In this document: positions 1-44,420 of the stretch, in pieces
Position numbering within the stretch: the stretch's first letter is position 1
Layout of the letters: every line of letters begins with the position of its first letter
Assembly (NCBI GenBank): GCA_002269645.1
Contig: NIVC01004487.1
Location: forward strand, 1-44,420
Length of the DNA stretch: 44,420 nucleotides
Direction of reading: 5' to 3'
Origin: Macrostomum lignano
Lineage: Eukaryota
Translations under genes and position numbers: made by a program
Notes under the pieces: generated by a model
What the model was told of the DNA's origin: nothing
Seen by the model: only the letters and a program-made list of their open reading frames with translations
The model's database searches: none

Positions 1-1
1 A

Positions 2-683
2 GTCGGACAACGGCAGCGCAACCTCATGTTCCACCTGGCCCTGCTGTTCTGCTGCGTTGCCATGGTAACCTATTTCTTAGCTTTCGTATCGCCGCACTGG
101 CTGGAGTCGCAGCCCGGAGTATCACAGCCAGTTCCTGCGCATCGGCCTGTGGGAGGTCTGCTTTGACGGGCTACCTGCACCCCACAGACTACGTGTCCAA
201 GGCCTACTTCGCTGCTGGTACATCTACTTCCCCGGAGTTCTCCCGCATCAGCGGCTGCTCATCCCGCCCTGGTACTACGCTGTGCAGATGCTGGGCATTG
301 TGGCCTTCATCTCCATCCTGCTGTCACTATCGCCATGGGCTCGCAGTTTGTCGCGTGCTGAATCGCGACTCAAAGCGTTGGCTGCGTGCCAACACGATTT
401 TCCACCTGCTAGCCGGCGCCTGCATCGCCTTCCAGCTCATTGTGATGGCCATCCAGAGCGCGACCGCCGCTGGATGCCGCGGCCCGACCAGAACCGGCTG
501 GGGTTCGCCTACGCCATGGCGCTCATCGCCTGCCTGGCCTGCACCTTCACCGTCGGCTTCCTTGCCATGATGTACATCAAGGAGGACGAGGAGCAGCTCG
601 TCTTCAGCGACGTCACCGACGCCGGCCCTGACATCGCGCGCGGCCGGCCCGTCCCAGGCGATGGGCGGCTACGGCGGCGCTAG
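2..683 (+). CDS. Claudin-like (PMP22/EMP/MP20/claudin superfamily, invertebrate pickel/sinuous/kune type) four-TM protein, intronless here, broken by ~8 single-base frameshifts
   Basis: Frame-stitched translation: MFHLALLFCCVAMVTYFLAFVSPHWLESQP..QFLRIGLWEVCFDGYLHPTDYVSKAYF(G)CWYIY..PPWYYAVQMLGIVAFISILL..KRWLRANTIFHLLAGACIAFQLIVMAIQ..DRRWMPRPDQNRLGFAYAMALIAC. It shows the W-GLW-C-C claudin loop and a WMPRP motif. The start may lie upstream of the window (in-frame ATG at 26). Confidence 0.75.
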
Positions 684-767
684 CGGTCAGGACAAATTTA
701 TGGAGGCCGGCGGCGGTCGATATTTTGTCGGCGGCGGCGGGCAGAGCGACAGCGCCGTTTGAGCTTT

Positions 768-897
768 TGGGACTCGGGACTCTGTTGTTGGGACTTGAAT
801 TGGGACTCGGGATTCAGTTGTTGGGACTTGAATTGGGACTCGGGATTCAGTTGTTGGGACTTGAATTGGGACTCGGGATCCTGTTGTTGGGACTTAT
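768..897 (+). repeat. 33-bp minisatellite, ~4 copies
   Basis: Unit TTGGGACTCGGGATTCAGTTGTTGGGACTTGAA repeated just downstream of the claudin-like stop. Confidence 0.9.
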
Positions 898-2711
898 ATT
901 AACCCTGGCGTTGTAGGAAGGAGATTTTAACAAGTTGACTTGTTTAAGTCTGCTTGTGACTCTTGTGCTTATCTAGTGTAACCATGCTGCTCTCCTCTTC
1001 GCCTCATCATTCCCTCTTGCTTATTCACTACTAAAAATTTGTTTTTTCGTAACGCACATCATGCTACTTTTGTTAAAAGTAGTAGCCTAAACAGACAATA
1101 TATGCTTAAAAATTCGAAAAACTTTTCAAACTAATAGCTTTTGGCTGTATTTGTAAATATCTGTTTTACAAAGTTTCTAACAGGGAGTTGTGTAATTTTG
1201 TGTACGTTGTAACTGCTAAATTTATACCAATCTGGGCTGTTCAGGCTGTGCCATCAGCACCCGGCTTTAACATTCCATCTACCAGTAACTGAAAATCTGT
1301 ACTGTGTTACTATAATTATATTACCTAAATAATAATACCTGGAGCAATTTATAATCCTGATCGCTTAGTAATAATATCAAATAATAAATTGTGCGATTTT
1401 AATTAAACTAACGATTTTAAATTTTATTGCTTTGAGTAAATAAGAGAGAGACAGACAATGCAAGTTCATGCATAGTATATACCAATGCAGTTATTATTAG
1501 TGAATTATGGTCGGCTTATGCATATATTAGCAGAACTTTTATCAATCGCCGCCCAATATGAACAGGTAAGACTTTTATTAAACTGGAAAATAGAAAATCA
1601 GGGCTTGCTATATCGGTTTCAGTAATGCGTTATCAATAAGCAAAGAAAAAACTCTCTGTTGGGATTGCTGCTGCTTACTGCTAGTAGTGAGGGACGCGTG
1701 TGTCTCGAGCGCATCTTGTTGGCTTCTGGCATGCCAACCTGATGCAGCCCGAGTCCAGCGTCCCGCTTATTTATATATTCATACTCGAATTGGCAGAAGG
1801 AAAGTCTTTAGCGGCATATTAATTATATAAAATACATGGCTGCTCAAAACAAGACAATATTCCTATGTACGCGCAGGCTAATTAGCCATAGGTAATTAGT
1901 TAGCAGTGTCCAAACCTAGCCAATGCAAAACGGAAAAGACGTGCGACTTTCATTTTCACACCTGGACTGTGCATGCGGCGGGGGATAAGGGGAGCATTTT
2001 TATACACGCGATAAGCCGTCCGCACAGTCTAGCGACTATTGGCTGACAAGGGATTATTTATTGTACGCAGATTAGCAGATTAGCAAGCAAGAGAAAAAAT
2101 ACGAGAAACAGTTTTTGTTATAACAATGCGAAAATACTTTTTTATAGTTTGACCAGAAACACAGAAAGAGAAGATGCTGGCTATGATTATGGTTTGAATG
2201 CAGTCGCAAGTTGAACTAGATTGCTTATTGGAGCAGCAGCGCAAGCAGAAACTGAAGCCGCTAGGAACAGTTGGATTAATGTCAAGTTTATCAACGCAGA
2301 ATTGGGAAACAAGATCAGCAAGGAATCAATTTTAATTTGGCTGCTAATTAATGGCAAAGTGCGTGAAACCTCAGATGCCAAAGCAACAACCAGTTTACAT
2401 CGTAGTAGATGGGTGCAAATGGGTTTTTGAAAAAGGTTTTTAGTTAATACTTTTAACAATTTTCTATGCAAAATTTAGCTATAATTGCCTCTCCAAGAAA
2501 CAGCATCGGGCGAATGCGGGAGCCTGGATCGCGTCTGATGAGGTGGTGAATGTGCTCTGCGCTCGAATTCTGTCACTATGCAGTTAATCTCCGAAGGCCA
2601 ATCGATATTTAAATGAGTTTTTGCTTAACTAAATTTCAAACGCCAGGCTTTAGCACGCGCCTCTCAAATGGGCTGGAGTATCTGTTAATGGATTTTTGAG
2701 TCGCAAAAGCC

Positions 2712-43602
<40,891 letters not shown>

Positions 43603-44420
43603 CTGCAACAAGCGGAAAGTGACAGCGGATAGCATGAGGCTTGGACCGGGGTGCATTCTGTAGCAGCCTAAAATTCAGTGAAAGCTGCCGGGTGCCACCG
43701 ATCTACGATGGAATTGCTGTGCGGTAAGGCAGCGGGTTGAGCTTGCGGGCACTTACTAAAAACTCTGGCGAGTATAACTTTCTCTACGGGTTGATTTTCT
43801 TCTAAAACAAGCGGGCCCGAAATTTCTGAATGCGGGCTTGCTGGCGGATAGGCAACTCCGTGAGTTGTTGGCGCATGCGTTTCATTGCTGTGCTCTGCAT
43901 TACTCATGCTCATGCTTCGTCGATGGGGGTTGGGCTTAGTTTAAGTAAGCTGAGTGCAGAGAAATCCGTCTGTTGTATTAACCTATGCGTATGCTCTGCT
44001 ATTTACTGACAGGAAGCAGCTAGAAGCCCTCTGTGACCCCACTCGATGTTTACTCGTAATGGGAAAATTACCTAAAGGAGTTGCGCTCCCAAGTAGAAGC
44101 AAAGCAGAGAAAAAATCTGTGCAGATTCAAGTAGTGCATATAATAAGAGTAAAGTAAATCCGACAAAAAGCAATCATTTTGAATCAGAGACAATCATCTT
44201 GCTGGCAGTAAGGGATGTGTTCATGCAGTAAGAGGTGGCTTCTAAACTTGTGTGCCAAAAAGTTCTTCGACGTCATGCAAGTTGGGTAGCGGTTTACCTC
44301 GTTTCCCGATGCTTTGAGCGTCGTACGAATGTAATCATGAATGCACTTTTGATAGCGTTCCTACTAGATCGTAAATTTTAGCGAGAAAAATAATTCTGAA
44401 TCCTGAAAAATAAGGTAAAA

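Overview
Eukaryotic (animal) genomic DNA. The repeat content and the channel sequence suggest an invertebrate, possibly a Macrostomum-like flatworm, but this is inference only. Almost the whole window is one minus-strand, multi-exon Cav2 voltage-gated Ca2+ channel alpha-1 gene (cacophony/unc-2/CACNA1A-B-E family, EEEE filter). I traced it from domain I S4 (43602) to the C-terminus (2712) through 36 exons whose splice phases chain consistently; its 5' exons lie beyond the right edge. Main discovery: four tandem-duplicated, apparently mutually exclusive exon pairs, one per channel domain (IS4; IIS3-S4; domain III turret plus selectivity-filter P-loop; IVS1-S2 loop plus S2). There is also a 30-nt IIIS3-S4 cassette microexon, a GC-AG intron and a U12-type intron with an unusually distant branch point. 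One intron holds a decayed RNase H-bearing non-LTR retrotransposon (Loa/Lian-like) inserted in phase into a (GACA)n microsatellite. Other introns hold a tRNA-derived SINE, a MITE-like element, a hairpin and many minisatellites, several YCAY-rich. A convergent intronless claudin-like gene lies at the left edge. Scattered 1-nt indels, dense at the left end, look like long-read consensus errors, but pseudogenisation cannot be excluded.
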